Of a stretch of DNA of 63,809 nt, positions 1 through 12,809 are shown one piece after another; position 1 is the stretch's first letter, and each line of letters begins with the position of its first letter. Under the pieces are notes generated by a model. It saw only the letters and a list, made by a program, of their open reading frames with translations, made no database searches and was not told the origin of the DNA. This DNA is from Toensbergia leucococca (lineage: Eukaryota), in assembly GCA_022813965.1 (NCBI GenBank), contig JALDZS010000140.1:1-63809 (forward strand), in the 5' to 3' direction. Both the position numbers and the translations under genes were made by a program.

Positions 1-274
1 TCCTCGAGAGCTTTTAGATGATGTTGGTCTCCATGTTCAGAATGTGCTCTGCGAAGTCGACCGGCCACGGCTTTGGTAGCGCTAACTCACATCTACCGTC
101 GCCACTTCCATCTCCATCATTAGCGATCCAGATCTTTCATCGGCATCTTTTCTAGTTATCGATCCACTATAAGGGTGTCTGAGAGATTCTGTAGGCGAGA
201 TTTCGACTACATCTCCGAGAAATTTGACCTGGATATTATCCGAAACCAAAGGGCTTCTCACTGGCTTTCAAAAC

Positions 275-2216
275 TCAAAAGCCAACGGTTATTAGCAAGC
301 GTCGAAGGATCGTTTTTTGAACAGCATTCATAATAAAATCCAATGTCGTGCAGTCAAGCTCCGCACTGATGCAAGATGAGAAGATGTCTCGAGTCTTTTC
401 CCGATTAACAGATTTGAACTGTCGATCGATATATGCGCATGCTGCCTCGCAGTCTTGACCCCCTGTATACTTAGGAAAGCACTTCTTGAGCGGGCTAGTT
501 GATAATTTGCCTTTGAACACATCTAATTTGTTCAAGAACAAAATCACATTGGTATCCCAATGCCATTGCGAGTTACAGACCTGAGAGAATAACCTGATAT
601 CCTCCTCCATAAGGTTGATAGATGGCTCCTTGGCAGAAAAGTGATCGTACTTGGACAGGTCGGCCATAAAAATGATCAACGGTACGTCTTCAAATTGGTG
701 GATCCACTTTTTCACATCGGATCCGGCAGCATCGTATTTCATGATGTGTAAAGTCAATTTACCCGTGTCAAACACTTCTTCTTGTAAAGGACTATGCTCC
801 ACACGACATCTGTAGATATCTTGGTCGTTCGGTACATAGTCCGGGAGGCTGATCCGAGCAATTGAGTCAAAGTAGCTATCAACACATGTCAGTTGGGTGT
901 GGACCTTGATGAAAGGTTGATCAACCTACTAATCAGCGGAACAATGTAGACTGATCTCCTTGGATGATTGATAACAAGATTTCACGGCCGAGTCATTCCA
1001 AAGAGCAGCGATAGCGACAGCGGCTTCCTCCAGCAACTCCTTATCTTTTGTCATGGCAGGTTGTAGCAGCATGGTTTGGACGTGGTTGTCATTTTCTTCA
1101 TCATCCAATTCTATCTCTAGCAATTGTATCTTCTCCAAGGTATTACGCATTGATTGTATTATAGTTGTGAATATTATTTCCCTATAACTCTCACGCTCAT
1201 CATCGTCATAGCCGCCTCTATGGAGCGACTTGAGTGTACCAAGCAGCGTCGATTTTCCACTCTGAGAGGGTCCTAGAAGTAAGAGGTTCACGGATCTCAG
1301 ATGCAATGGCCAGTTTTTGGTGATTGGGTTCGCTTTCCATACTTTCTGTGGTGACTTCACGACATGGATCTCAGCTTGCGACGCTGGGATCTGCTTCGCT
1401 GGATGTCGGACGGCGAGATGCTTCCGCTCGGGAAAGGAAACGTCTTTCATCACGCGGACCATGGGTGAATGCTTCCGAAGAGCTCGCCTGACCAAGGATC
1501 CCATTTGTCCATCGTAGAATTTGGTGGTCCCAAGTTCGTGATCAAAGTCGAATGTCACATTAAGCTGGGAAGAGGTATCTGGAGTAGAAATCCACGAGCT
1601 ACGGATCGAATTGGAGTCCCCAAGACATATCAACGACGATGAGCTTTCTTTGACTTGGTCGAATACTTCTCGGCTTTTTCTGTTCTCCAGCATGTGCTTT
1701 TGCTCGGACAATGATCGGCTACAGATGGGTAAGTTGAAGGGATCAAAATAAGGCAAAGGGTAGTGAGCAAGGTTCTGACCAACTCATAGCTGTAAGAAGA
1801 AGATTGAGGGCATTCGATTGATTCCCCAAGTGATTCAGGCATTCCTTGATACTCCTGTCATTCAGCACAAGTTTCGCTCTGCTCTGGGTGGTTAAATTGT
1901 TGGGCTTGCAGTATTCAAGTTGAGAGATTTGACGGTCCATGAACAAGATCAATTCCTTGCAGCTCTCGAGTGAGACTTCGAGATCGAGGACCAGTTGACG
2001 ATGTTGCGGAGTTCTAACAAGACTGGTAGCTATCCATTCGGAGATCTGATTCAAGGCGGCCTTGAGGGTAGTGAGCTGGCCGATGAGGAGACTAACGGTC
2101 AGGTTGGTTGCTTGCCATTGTTTCTTGAAACGATACAATGAAGTAGTGGTCTTGGTGATGAGATCAACGACGCTGACGAGGGAACCAGCGAGACCGATGG
2201 CGGACAGTGGATCCAT
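275..2216 (-). CDS. Fusion of a fungal HeLo-like N-terminal domain (STAND/NLR N-terminal type) and an atypical heterotrimeric G-protein alpha domain; 3 exons (introns ~1719-1779 and ~876-929)
   Basis: The N-terminus MDPLSAIGLAGSLVSVVDLITK... is typical of fungal NLR N-terminal helical domains. The C-terminal part has G-alpha motifs: LLLLGPSQSGKSTL, ALWNDSAVKSCY, YYFDSIARISLPDYVPNDQDIYRCR, KKWIHQFEDV, IIFMADLSKYD, ILFLNKLD. GT-AG introns join three ORFs in frame. Confidence 0.85.
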
Positions 2217-2926
2217 TGCGAGTGTGTAGGTGGGAGGTTGGATTCAGCCTCGTCGAGTTTCTTATCCAAGGCGGCAGTTTCAATTTCCATGCGCATCATG
2301 CACATGCGACAGCGGCAACCTCTTGGCATTGTGACAGGCATTGCATGGAACCATGTATTGATTGTGGCGTACATTGGTCGCCTCCTGCGTCTAAACAAAT
2401 TAGCAGGCTGATCGATCTATAGGCTCGTAGAAAGAGTACGCCCAAGACTCCAATTGATAAATGAACATAAAGATGGTTTCAAAGTGTAGAGGTGTAGGAG
2501 AGAAGGAGACAAGGCATTCTGAGAGCAGACGTCAAAGTAAGGTATATCTTATGTGGTGTGGTTGTAAGAATACCAGTATCGAATTAGTCCGTACGGAACG
2601 GGTAGAATACACTCTTCCGAAGCTCCCGCGTTTCAGGCAGGGATCTTGCTAGGTACTTCTATCCGCGCTTGAAGGTCCGAGGGCCGACGGGAGCCATCAG
2701 CTGTTCCATTCCTGGATTTATTTCGGTGCGGACCCTGTCGATCTTTTCCATTCTAGAAGCCTGATTGAGACTAATCATCCTTGTCATCCTTGACATCCTT
2801 GTCCGCTTACATCAGTGACATCAGAGTTCTGATTTCCAATCTCAACCACTTCCACTTCCACTTCATCCACCGCTCCTACCTTCCATTGTATCACCAGAAC
2901 TGTACTCTCTCCCAAATAACATCATC

Positions 2927-4665
2927 ATGACTCTCACAATCACCTCAACCCTCTCCCCAAGAGGCAATGAATTGGCTGAAGCCGGAGGCATGCGGAAGAA
3001 GTTTGGACCCATTTTGAAGGATTCTTATGACCCAGACACCAATCCGGGTGGTATTGTCAATATCGGCGTCGCTGAGAATGTTGATCATTCTCAAACACCA
3101 ATGCTTGAAGAAGACGCTGATCTTTGAGTAGTATCTTATGAATGCAGAGGCTACAGCTTTTATCAACAAGCATGTGTGTATATTTATTACTATCCATCGA
3201 GACATGGTATCAGATTCTTATTCTCCGTTTTGCGGGTTTTATGATTGTCTCGCGTGATTGTCTCATACCCTTTTATGTTCATCATTTTGTTGGCCGTTGG
3301 AACGGTATATCTGTACCCTCAATCACCTTTAAACAGAAAGTCAAATATACCCCCCTGACTAAATTCCCCCTTCCCCAGCTTAAGCTTCAAGCCAAGGACT
3401 TCACCTACGGCGAAGGACCATGGGGCAGCAATCGTCTCCGAACAGCCATGGCAAAACACATGAATCGCCATTTCCACACGGTCGTTCCGATTGACAAAGA
3501 GGAGCTTCTCTTCGCAAACGGCGTCACCTCCCTCTGTACTATGCTAGCCTTCTGCATCGCTGAACCCGGAGACGGTATCTTAATGTCCAGTCCCATCTAC
3601 CAGGCTTTCCCGCTTGATTTTGGATTGGCGGCAAAGTATGCATTTTCATAGCTTTGGTTACTCCATTATGTCAACACCATGATGGGAAAGTAACTGAAAG
3701 CCATCAGAGCAAAATGTGTCTATGCTACCTTTGACGGTATAGACCAATTCTCCCCCGCCGCCGTCCAAATATACGAAGACACCCTCCTCCACGCCCAAGA
3801 ATCCGGCACAGCCATCCGTGCCCTCCTCCTCTGCCACCCTCATAACCCCCTCGGCCAATGCTACCCCAAATCTACCCTCCTCGCCCTCATGGCTCTCTGC
3901 CAAAAATACAAAATTCACCTCCTCGTCGACGAGATCTATGCCCTTTCTGTCTACTCCGTCCCAGACCCTCACGCCGTCGAATTTGAATCCGTTCTCTCTT
4001 TCGACTCTTCCCACGTCATCGACCCAAAGTACTTGCACGTTCTGTATGGCTTCAGCAAAGATTATGCTGCGAGTGGGATCCGCATGGGTTGTATCTACAC
4101 CCGCAACACCGAGATCATGGATGCCATGGGCGCCATCACGCAATTCCACTGGTCCGGCGGCGCCAACGAAAGAGTCGCCACTTTGATGCTCGAAAGCGAA
4201 GAATGGATGGATCGCTTCTTGGAGCTCAGTCGCTCACGTCTCGCCTCTCGCAACGTGCTCGTTCGGAAAATCTTGGATGATGCCGGTATCGATTACCACC
4301 GCGGCAATAACGCGGGGTTCTTCTTCTGGGTCGATCTGCGGCCTTTTTTGCCAAGCATCGAGAGTCAAGAGCCTGAGGATCAGTGGGCGAGGGAGGAGAT
4401 GCTGATGAAGCGGTTTTTGGAGCAGAAGGTGTTTGTGACGAATGGGCGGGCGTTGCAGGCGAGTGAGCCGGGGTGGTTTCGGATTATTTTTTCGCAGGAT
4501 GAGAGGGTTATTAGGGAGGGCTTGAAACGGTGAGAGACTCTTTCCTTTGGTAGAGAGAGGGTGGTGCTGTTTTTGGGGGATTGGTTTTGGCTAATGTTTT
4601 GGGCTTTGCGTAGGATTATCGATACTGTGAAGGTAGCGCTCCCAGTGCGTGGTGGCAGAGAGTGA
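2927..4665 (+). CDS. PLP-dependent aminotransferase class I/II (ACC-synthase-like), multi-exon
   Basis: Motifs YDPDTNPGGIVNIGVAEN, HPHNPLG, LLVDEIYALS, YGFSKDY..SGIRMG (PLP lysine) and EPGWFRIIF. Confidence 0.88.
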
Positions 4666-4806
4666 TTGTATCGGACTAGTCTTCGGGAATAGGAGTCAGG
4701 AGGGCTAGATAGATCCCGGGATGATTTTTGGGGGTTCGTACTGTCTTTAAAATATAATCAAAGTCTGGTCCTGAGAGTATAGAATTGGACTTGCATTTAT
4801 AGCTGC

Positions 4807-5720
4807 CTATATGAAGAACATCTTGAGTTCAAAATCCAAACTTGACCATTCATAGAACCTTGACCAATCACCCTCACCCTCATCCCCTTTTACACAGATC
4901 TTTATAAAACCCCCTCTCAGAATATTTATCTCATTCACTCTTGTAATATTTTGAGTTCTGTGCACATACTGCACTCTCATTAATCTTGAATCAAGAAAAC
5001 TCACACTTCTCAACAGACTATTGTACTTATTTTTAATAAAAATGAACAGCTATTTTCATCATCTACCTCTTTATCAAGAACATCAAAACAGGAATATATA
5101 AGATCAATTAAAAAAAGTCTCACTTGTGTTAGCATAAAACATGACATTATTATCAAGAAAAAATTACTCTCTCTTTTTTATCAGAAGCAAAAACCTCACA
5201 AAACTTAGATCTTGTTTTTGTTCCTTTCTTTTGTTTTTTAAAAAAAAAAAATTTGGTGCTGATTTTTTTCTTTTTTAAAATTCTCTTTATTTCCCCTCTT
5301 ATTTATTTATATCTCTCTCTCTCCCTCTTATCTCAATCCCCTTTCACAAATTTTAAAAAGAAGTCATCTCACACAATCAAATCAAATCAAAGACAAAAAA
5401 AGAATTCTTATCTATTCACACATCTTGATATCTTATCACATCTCAGCAAAATAGATTCTCTCAAGTGTGTCAAAAGAAATCCATAAAAAACATTTCCTCT
5501 TGTGATTTGTTAGAGTTTAAGATTTAAAAGACGAGAAAGAAAAGAGAGATGTTTGTGTTATTGAGAAAGAGAGTAGTGTTTATGTTTTATGCAAGTCTTT
5601 GCTTTGAGCTTGAGGGGAGGTGAGGGTGTGTGAGTTTAGTTTGTTGAGTATTTTGTGATGAGATGAGGTTGTGATAAAGTAAAGAGAAAAGAGAGATGAA
5701 TGTGAGGATGAGAGGGCTTG
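4807..5720. other. AT-rich, CpG-depleted intergenic island between convergent genes
   Basis: Poly-A/poly-T runs and almost no CG; C-rich left flank and G-rich right flank; no credible ORF. Confidence 0.6.
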
Positions 5721-5761
5721 AAAGCGCAACTTCCCCCCCATTGCTTTTCTCACCCTACAAC

Positions 5762-6782
5762 TCACAGCCCAACCACCCTCCTAAACGCAGAATTACTCAA
5801 AATCCTCCCCCTCTCCACCCCCTTCTCTCCCACCTCCCCACCGCCCCCCATCGCCAACTCAACCAACCCCCTCCCAAGCTCCCTCGTCGGCGTCACCATG
5901 CCCGGAACCCACGCTCTCAGCACCGGCGCCAGCGCCCACTCCGCCACCCGCTTCGACCACGGCAGCGATTGGCTGATCAAGGGATTCGCGGCCGCGTCGA
6001 CGTAGCCGGGCCGCACCGAGTAGGGGCGCAGGGTTGGGAAGCTGCTGGTGGTTGGGAGGGCGAGGAGGGCGAGTTCGGCACGGCCTTTTGTGGTGCCGAA
6101 GCGGGGGGTTAGGATGGTGGGGGTTGTGGTTGCCTGATTGGGGTGGTTAACGGAAGGTTATTTTTGGGGGTGGGAGGGGGGGTAAGGGTCGTACGTACGC
6201 CTTCGCCTAAGGGTTTGAGGGGTTGGGGTTAGTGAGGGGGGTTGTTGAGAATTGGGGATTTGGGGGAAGGGGGGGGGGAAAGATACCAGAGACGTAGACG
6301 AATTTGAAGGGGTCGGAGAGGGTGGAGAAGGATTTTGCGGCTGCGAGGGGGTAGTTTATGGTGATTTTTTCGTAGTCCCTAGGTTCTCCCCATAAAGGCA
6401 TCTTTAGCGTTCTGTCATCGGAGAGCCCCAGTTTCTCTATCGTGCAATTGAGAAAACTCCAAAAAGCTCAATCGAGCAAAATAAGAAAACTTGGAAAACT
6501 CGAAAGAAAAATAAAGATAATAACTCACTCCTTCCCAACATCAGTAACACTAACCCCCAACGCCCAAACACACCCCTCGGCCCCCTTCAACCGCTCCAAC
6601 ACCTCCCCCCCATAGCTCCCAAAGTCCTTGTGCGTAATCACGTGCACGTGCTCATGGTTCGCAGCGAGGGGCACCGGGGAGCGGGAAAGGATGGAGATTT
6701 TGGTGATGGCGGGGGTGGAGAGCATGTGGGCAAGAGCGGCGGATCCGACGAGGCCGGTGGCGCCGGTGAGGATGAGATGCAT
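5762..6782 (-). CDS. NAD(P)-binding nucleoside-diphosphate-sugar epimerase-like protein, multi-exon
   Basis: MHLILTGATGLVGSA Rossmann motif, GCVWALG, FKFVYVSG, VRPGYVD; GT-AG introns. Confidence 0.8.
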
Positions 6783-7338
6783 TTTGTTGCGGGATTGGGG
6801 TTGAGGGGAAAGGGAAGGGGGTTGGTGGAGTGGAGTGAGGTGAAAGTGGTGGAGGAGATGATTGAGAAGGAATTGGGGGGGGGGTAAAGTGGGTGAGGGA
6901 GGATTTCTTATTTGTATACCTATCATAGATGGTTTAAAGTCGTACTGGAGTTGTTGACGTGGGCGTGTAAGCAGCTTGTAGACTACGAGTGACTTGAGTC
7001 AGTCTGCAACAATTTGGTAGAATAGGTAGTGACGAAGTAAGCTGATGGCTGACGTTGAGATAAGGTACGAGTACAAGTAGTCTGATAAAGGAGCTAGGAT
7101 TTGAAACTTGCTGAAGAACGGAAATTTGACCATGTGGTGAAAGTATTGAGATGGGTAAGGGTTGTTATTATTGTTCAAGTCTCATGAATATAGGGTCTCG
7201 ATGTGAACATGAGATAGATTATATAGTATATAAGGATTGATATTGTTAAATTCACAAGTATTCAGTTTTCTTAACAGACTGGTAGAGTCAAGGTCGTGAA
7301 CACGCTTTGAAGCCACTCTCCGACCTGGCCTATCCATT

Positions 7339-8433
7339 TCACTTGAGGCCTTTGAAAGCTTCGGCCCCCGACGCAAATTCTTTCCAAGTGGTCAGCTTCT
7401 CGTCTAGGATCTGTACTTGGTTAGTAGAGTTTTAGAGCTCGAGCACAAAACCTGCCACGTTATAATGACACGACGGAGGAAAGGAATGAAACTTACAGAG
7501 TGGCTGTCACCAAGGCTAGCCTTCCCGTAGTAGCCATATACAGGCATGAATGCCATATTCTGATACATCTCATCTTGCGCCGGTTCCGGCATGTTTCCCA
7601 AAAACCCCTTGAACACATTCTCAGATATCTGGATGAAATTGGCCTTTTCACCAGCTTCCGGGTACAAGCTTTTGAAGGCCTCAATCATCTGTGTAGGCGT
7701 ATAATAATCCGTGGCGGCGTAGATTTGTTTGCCTAAAGTGGAGTCTCGGTGAGTGAGAATTGCCTTGACAAATTTGCCCGTATCATTGCCCGTGGCAAAG
7801 AGTGGAATAGGTGTGTCGGCGGGCATAGGCAAGGCCATGGTCCAATCGCCAGATTGCGGGTTTGGGCGGAACATGCCTCCAGGTATATTGGACATGTAGA
7901 AGCCTGGCAAGTAAAAGGTGGCAGGAACACCGATCTCCTTGATGTAATCCTCCACTTTGGCTTTGGAATCGAAGTGATGTACTCCCGAGAATTCGCCGCC
8001 CGAAAGCTTGGTCACGTTCAGAAGGGAGGACCAGATGAGATGTTGGACACCACATTCCTATAGGGAAGAGTAAAAGTTAGTCAAAGAAACAGCCGGGAAA
8101 CGATTCTCAAATTACCTTTGCAGAATCGGCAATGTTCTTCCCTTGGTGAAATTCAAGCTCGGCATCCGACTTTTCCCAATAATTGGTCACGGCAAAGACA
8201 GCGTATGCTTCCTCAAGAGCGCGCTTGACCTCATCTTTGGAGTCGAGATTGGCTGCAACACATTCGACGCCACGGGCTGTTAAAGCTTTCGCACTTCCTT
8301 TGGTGGGATCGCGAGTGATAGCGCGAATCTTGAATTCTTTGGCCGTCTTGGGGTCATTGAGGATGGAGTTGACGACAGAGCCGCCTTGTAGGCCGGTAGC
8401 TCCAAAGACGACGAGGATCTTTTGATCGGACAT
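7339..8433 (-). CDS. NmrA-like family NAD(P)-binding protein, 3 exons
   Basis: VVFGATGLQGGSV, RAITRDP, VFAVTNYWE, HFDSKAKVEDYI, PGFYMSN, DTGKFV. Confidence 0.9.
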
Positions 8434-8946
8434 TGTTTGAAGTTGATGCTGAACGTGTTTTAGAGTGATATGCTTTGTACGGTGTGTCAACTGCTATTGA
8501 GGGCAAGGTGGCTTGTGAACGAAGTGGGGCTTTTGAGCGGGGAAAGGGTGCTTTTTATCCATTCTGCACCGACAGCCTTCTCCTTGTCTTTGCCCAGATC
8601 TCGAAATCCCAGCCGTGGCCCTCATGGTTGAATTATCAATCATAGAAAGAGGAGTAGTGTCCACAGTGTCTTGGACTGCCTGAATGACAAAGACTGCCAT
8701 CACGTCGGCCTTCGCGTTTTTGCCTCGTGCCGATTGCGGTTCCGAAAGAAGGCCCGAGCTTATGTAACAGTCCTCAATACCCAGCCACCTAGCTTACCTA
8801 AGTACTTGAGCACGTTGAGGTACTTACCTTACCTAAAGTGCCTACCTTACCTAGAAACGAGTTGATAAGATAAGAGATTAGATCAGATTAGATGGAAATG
8901 CAACTCCTCCCCACCTCATCCAACCTCCCCACTCTCCCTACTCCCC

Positions 8947-9547
8947 ATGCTTGCTCCTCGCTTTTTGATACCTCGTTCGATCCTCGTTCCATCCCACCGT
9001 CTACGCCATCATTTTCCTAGCCCCGTCAGAGCAAAGCAATTCACAAGCACAATGTCGTCCATGAACCGCATCTCTACGAAAGACGCCTGCCCCCGTAAGT
9101 TTCCCCCTCTCCAATCTCAATGAATCCACTAATACATATTTTCCCTCCTAGCCGCCGGCCCCTACGTACGCACCTACTCATGACTTGCCAAGCGCTCCGT
9201 CTAACCCTCTCTCCCAAAACCCACAGTCCCAAGCAATCTCTACCCCGCACGCAATCTACGTCAGCGGCCAACTCGCCGCCCTCCCCACAGGCGTACTAAT
9301 CTCCGGCACCATGGCCGAAAAGACCGCCCAAATCATCGCCAACATCCGCGCCATCCTCGCCGCCGCCGGCTCCTCGCTCGACAAGGTGGTCAAAGTGAAT
9401 GTGTTTTTGACGGATATGAAGAATTTTGCGGAAATGAATGGGGAGTATGAGAAGCATTTTACGGGGAGGCCGGCGAGGAGTTGTGTGGCGGTTTATCAGT
9501 TGCCTAAGGGGGTGGAGGTGGAGATTGAGTGTATTGCTTTGCCTTAG
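8947..9547 (+). CDS. RidA/YjgF/YER057c family enamine deaminase; probable mitochondrial presequence (second in-frame ATG at 9052) and a 14-nt micro-exon
   Basis: Spliced PAGPYSQAI, IYVSGQL, VVKVNVFLTDMKNFAEMN, PARSCVAVYQLP, VEIECIA. The upstream in-frame extension is Arg-rich and lacks acidic residues. Confidence 0.88.
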
Positions 9548-9895
9548 GGTGAAGGGGGAGGGGATTATTATAACGCTTGATGATATTTAAAAAGAAGACT
9601 TCTCTAAAACCACATGTACCTGCTTGTCAGGTTGATGAGCTTGCTGTTTTGCCTCTCAATTAATCAAAGACTGTTTTGATGTTATTGAACTAACTGAGAA
9701 CAACTAAGTACTTGTATCTGCATGAGGATTCAGTCAGTGAGTCATGTGAAAAAGCATGCCCTTCCTACCCTCTTAAATCCGTGCTCATTTGGCCTGTGTT
9801 ATCTTGAGAGTTGTCTAAAATATTGGGTAGTATCTCATTAAAAATTACCACATACTCAATTCTATAAGACTCCGTAAGGCCGCCCACAGATTGCT

Positions 9896-12809
9896 TCAAA
9901 ACCTGCAACTCTCCAGCTTGTTGATTACATTACGTTGAAAACTTATGGTTGTGTCTATCTCCTTCCCACTAAATTTGGACTTCGTCTCTCCAGCCTCCAG
10001 ACACGTTCTCGTTACCTCGTGATAAGTGGGACCCATGCGTTCCAGGATCTGCTTGTTGCAGATTTTCATATATTCCTCTTTCACTTCCCAGGCGCTTACC
10101 TCGAGGTGTTTTGGGTTATTGTAAACGTTGCCTAAGCATTCCCAGACACCAATCTCCACCAGTACAAGGCCTAGAGAATAGTAGTCGAACTCTCTCCTGA
10201 ATGGGCTTGAGCCTTCACGGTAACGTGGATGTTGATACAGTTTCGTTTCGTTGGATGATAGACTGCCCCGTGTATAAGCGCCTGGCTCGTCCTCACGGCT
10301 GTGCTGAAACCCCACAAGATAGGGTTGCCGGTAGTCGCCATCGGATAATGAGTCTTCCGAGCTGAAGAAAAGGATATTGTAGGAATTGACATCTTTGTGT
10401 ATCCAACCTGACACATGCACAGCCTGTACGCACGCAGTAAGAGTCTTGGCTAAAGTAAGTCTTTGTCCGATATGTGGCAGGTGCGGCTTTTTAGAACTTC
10501 CTCCTTCTAGCAAGTAGTGAAGCCTGACAGGTGTAGCCTGAGTGCCGGGAAAGCTATATACGATACCGAAATTTTGATCCTCATAGTCATGAAAAGTGCC
10601 TACACAGTCCAAAACACGGAAATTTGGGGGTTTCGTCCGTGTTCGTAGCATTCTAACAAGTCCTTGGACCCGGCGATACATACTTTGCACTTGTGCTCGA
10701 AATTCCTCGCTTCTCACGTCCGGAGGCAGCTTTTGATCGTAGTCTCGCCATTCAACGAGGACTCGCTGCTTCTGATCAGATAGGTATTCTTCATTGTACC
10801 ACCAATAAATCTGAGGACGAGTTTCAAAGTCATAAGGACATGTATCCTCTTCAATCAAAGCGCGCTCGATTTTGGGGCCGGGCTCCACCTCCTCGGATTT
10901 CTGCACATAAAGTATGGACATGTATCTCATTGCGGCGATGGAATTGATGTCTCGATACTCTGAAGCCTCTCGTAATGTGGCGTTGCGAATATATGAAAGC
11001 GATTTGAGATCTGAAGTTGCAGTACTCAAGATCGCGAACAAACCATCTACAGATATTCTGGTGGTCTCAGGGAGGCGATCGCTAGTTGCATTGTTACACT
11101 GACGCAGAGTAGAAATCAACAATTCTTCGTTGTGCTGGGTTGATTGAAAAGGTGGCGGGGATTTCAACTTCAGGATCGCCGCCTCGAAAGTCTCGCAATT
11201 TTCAGTAAAAGTTCCAATAGCCTGAGAGGTATTGGTGGTACTTTGTCCAGGGAGCGTTATCAGACCAAGCGCTCCCGCCCAGGCACGTACACGATTCTCC
11301 TCTAGACGCAAGCTTGTCTGGAAGACGTTTGTACCTGTGCATGATTGTGTGTTGACAGCGTCAAGCAAGTCTTGTATGAGCGCTTGAACCACGATGCGCT
11401 CTAGACGAGACTCAACCTCCTTGGCGTTCGGTCGATCCTTTGGGTGCTCTGCAAACATCTCTTTTAGCACTGAAAAGAGAGAGGAGATCACTAATGAATC
11501 AGATTCTCTTTCCACTTCTGTCAGGTTGTCAAGAACTTGATCCTTTAAGCGAGTTCCATCATGAAATGCGCGTGTCAGCCCATAATAATCCTTCATCAGT
11601 CGGAGGCTACGATACTTGTGAACGCCTTCAGGCCCATGCTTCATGTATACCATGAGTTCTGAGATAACACAGCTTAGAGACCAAATATCCGAGGCCCGGT
11701 AAATTTGACCTTGGACAAGGGTTCTTCTGTCTCGACACTCGGGCGCACTATATTCATAAGTGGCATCCTTCCAGATCGTCTGGGAATCCATATCGATAGG
11801 CTTTAGCCTCGAAAGTCCAAAGTCTGCAAGGATGAAGTCAGCACCCCTGACTAGAATATTCTTTGGTTTGATGTCCTGATGAGTTCCACAAAATGAGGTT
11901 GAAATTTCGGGCACTCGTGTTCCCCTGAGCTCAAAGAAGTGTAAATGTCTCAGCCCGGACACTAAACCTTGGATTGCCTTGAACATCGATCTATCCCCCT
12001 CAAAGCCTAGTGGACGACTAACTTTGAGCAAAAACTCCTCCAAGTTCATATCTGCGGGTGAGAAGATGAGATTGTACACGTCGTCAAGCACATATGCAGT
12101 GAGAAGTTCAACAATGTTCCTATGCTTTAAGCTGCCTAATAAAAACAGGAGTTCAGACTCATCTTCCGAAGCGTACTTTGAGTCAACATGCGTGATCTCT
12201 TTCCGAACCAGACGTAGTCCCTGGCAGAAAGATGAGCCAAACCACATTAAAATTTTGGAAAGGATGTCGTACCATTTCCTGAGCTTGAGGATGGATATTT
12301 TGGTGCGCAGGGTGCACAAGCACATCGTACACGGTTGAGAAACTACCACCACCAATTTTGGTCTGGTCCAGGTAAGGCAGGATATGTTTTTGGCTCAATC
12401 TCTGACTGTATAATCTCTTGGAGAATTTGTGGGCAAAGTATTCCCACTGGCGCTGCATAAATCCATCTCTTTCATGAGGGCTCAGTATAGATTCGAATTT
12501 GGTCTCTTCGACAATTGGTAGGTTCCGATCGAGAATGCCATACTCAATGAATCTGAATAAGGCATACTCAAGCTTTAAATCTACTAGTATTGCAAACAAG
12601 CGTTTACCTTCTATTGACACGACTTCAGCGACATTGTCTAATCTGTGGTCATCGAGTTGAAAAGACGAATCACAGAGTACGTCGGATAGATCGATTTCCC
12701 GAAAAATCTGATCCAATGAGCCTTCGGGCAGAAATTTTCGCTACCCTTGGCCGGCAGCATTTGCTTTTTTTGAACGCAGTAGATCTCGTACTCTTTCTAG
12801 GGTCGACAT
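9896..12809 (-). CDS. Tandem protein: Ser/Thr kinase - HeLo-like segment - kinase-like (pseudokinase) domain; intron ~12221-12272; one in-frame TAG at 12741-12743 (codon 23)
   Basis: Kinase 1: IGGGSFSTVY, LVRK, HRNIVELL, HQDIKPKNILV, ADFGLS, YSAPE, SDIWSL. Middle: LRLEENRVRAWAGALGL. Kinase-like 2: VLVEWRDY, IHKDVNSYNILFF, PYLVGF, YQHPRY, YYSLGLVLVEIG. The N-terminus reads MSTLERVRDLLRSKKANAAGQG*RKFLPEGSLDQIF. Confidence 0.8.
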
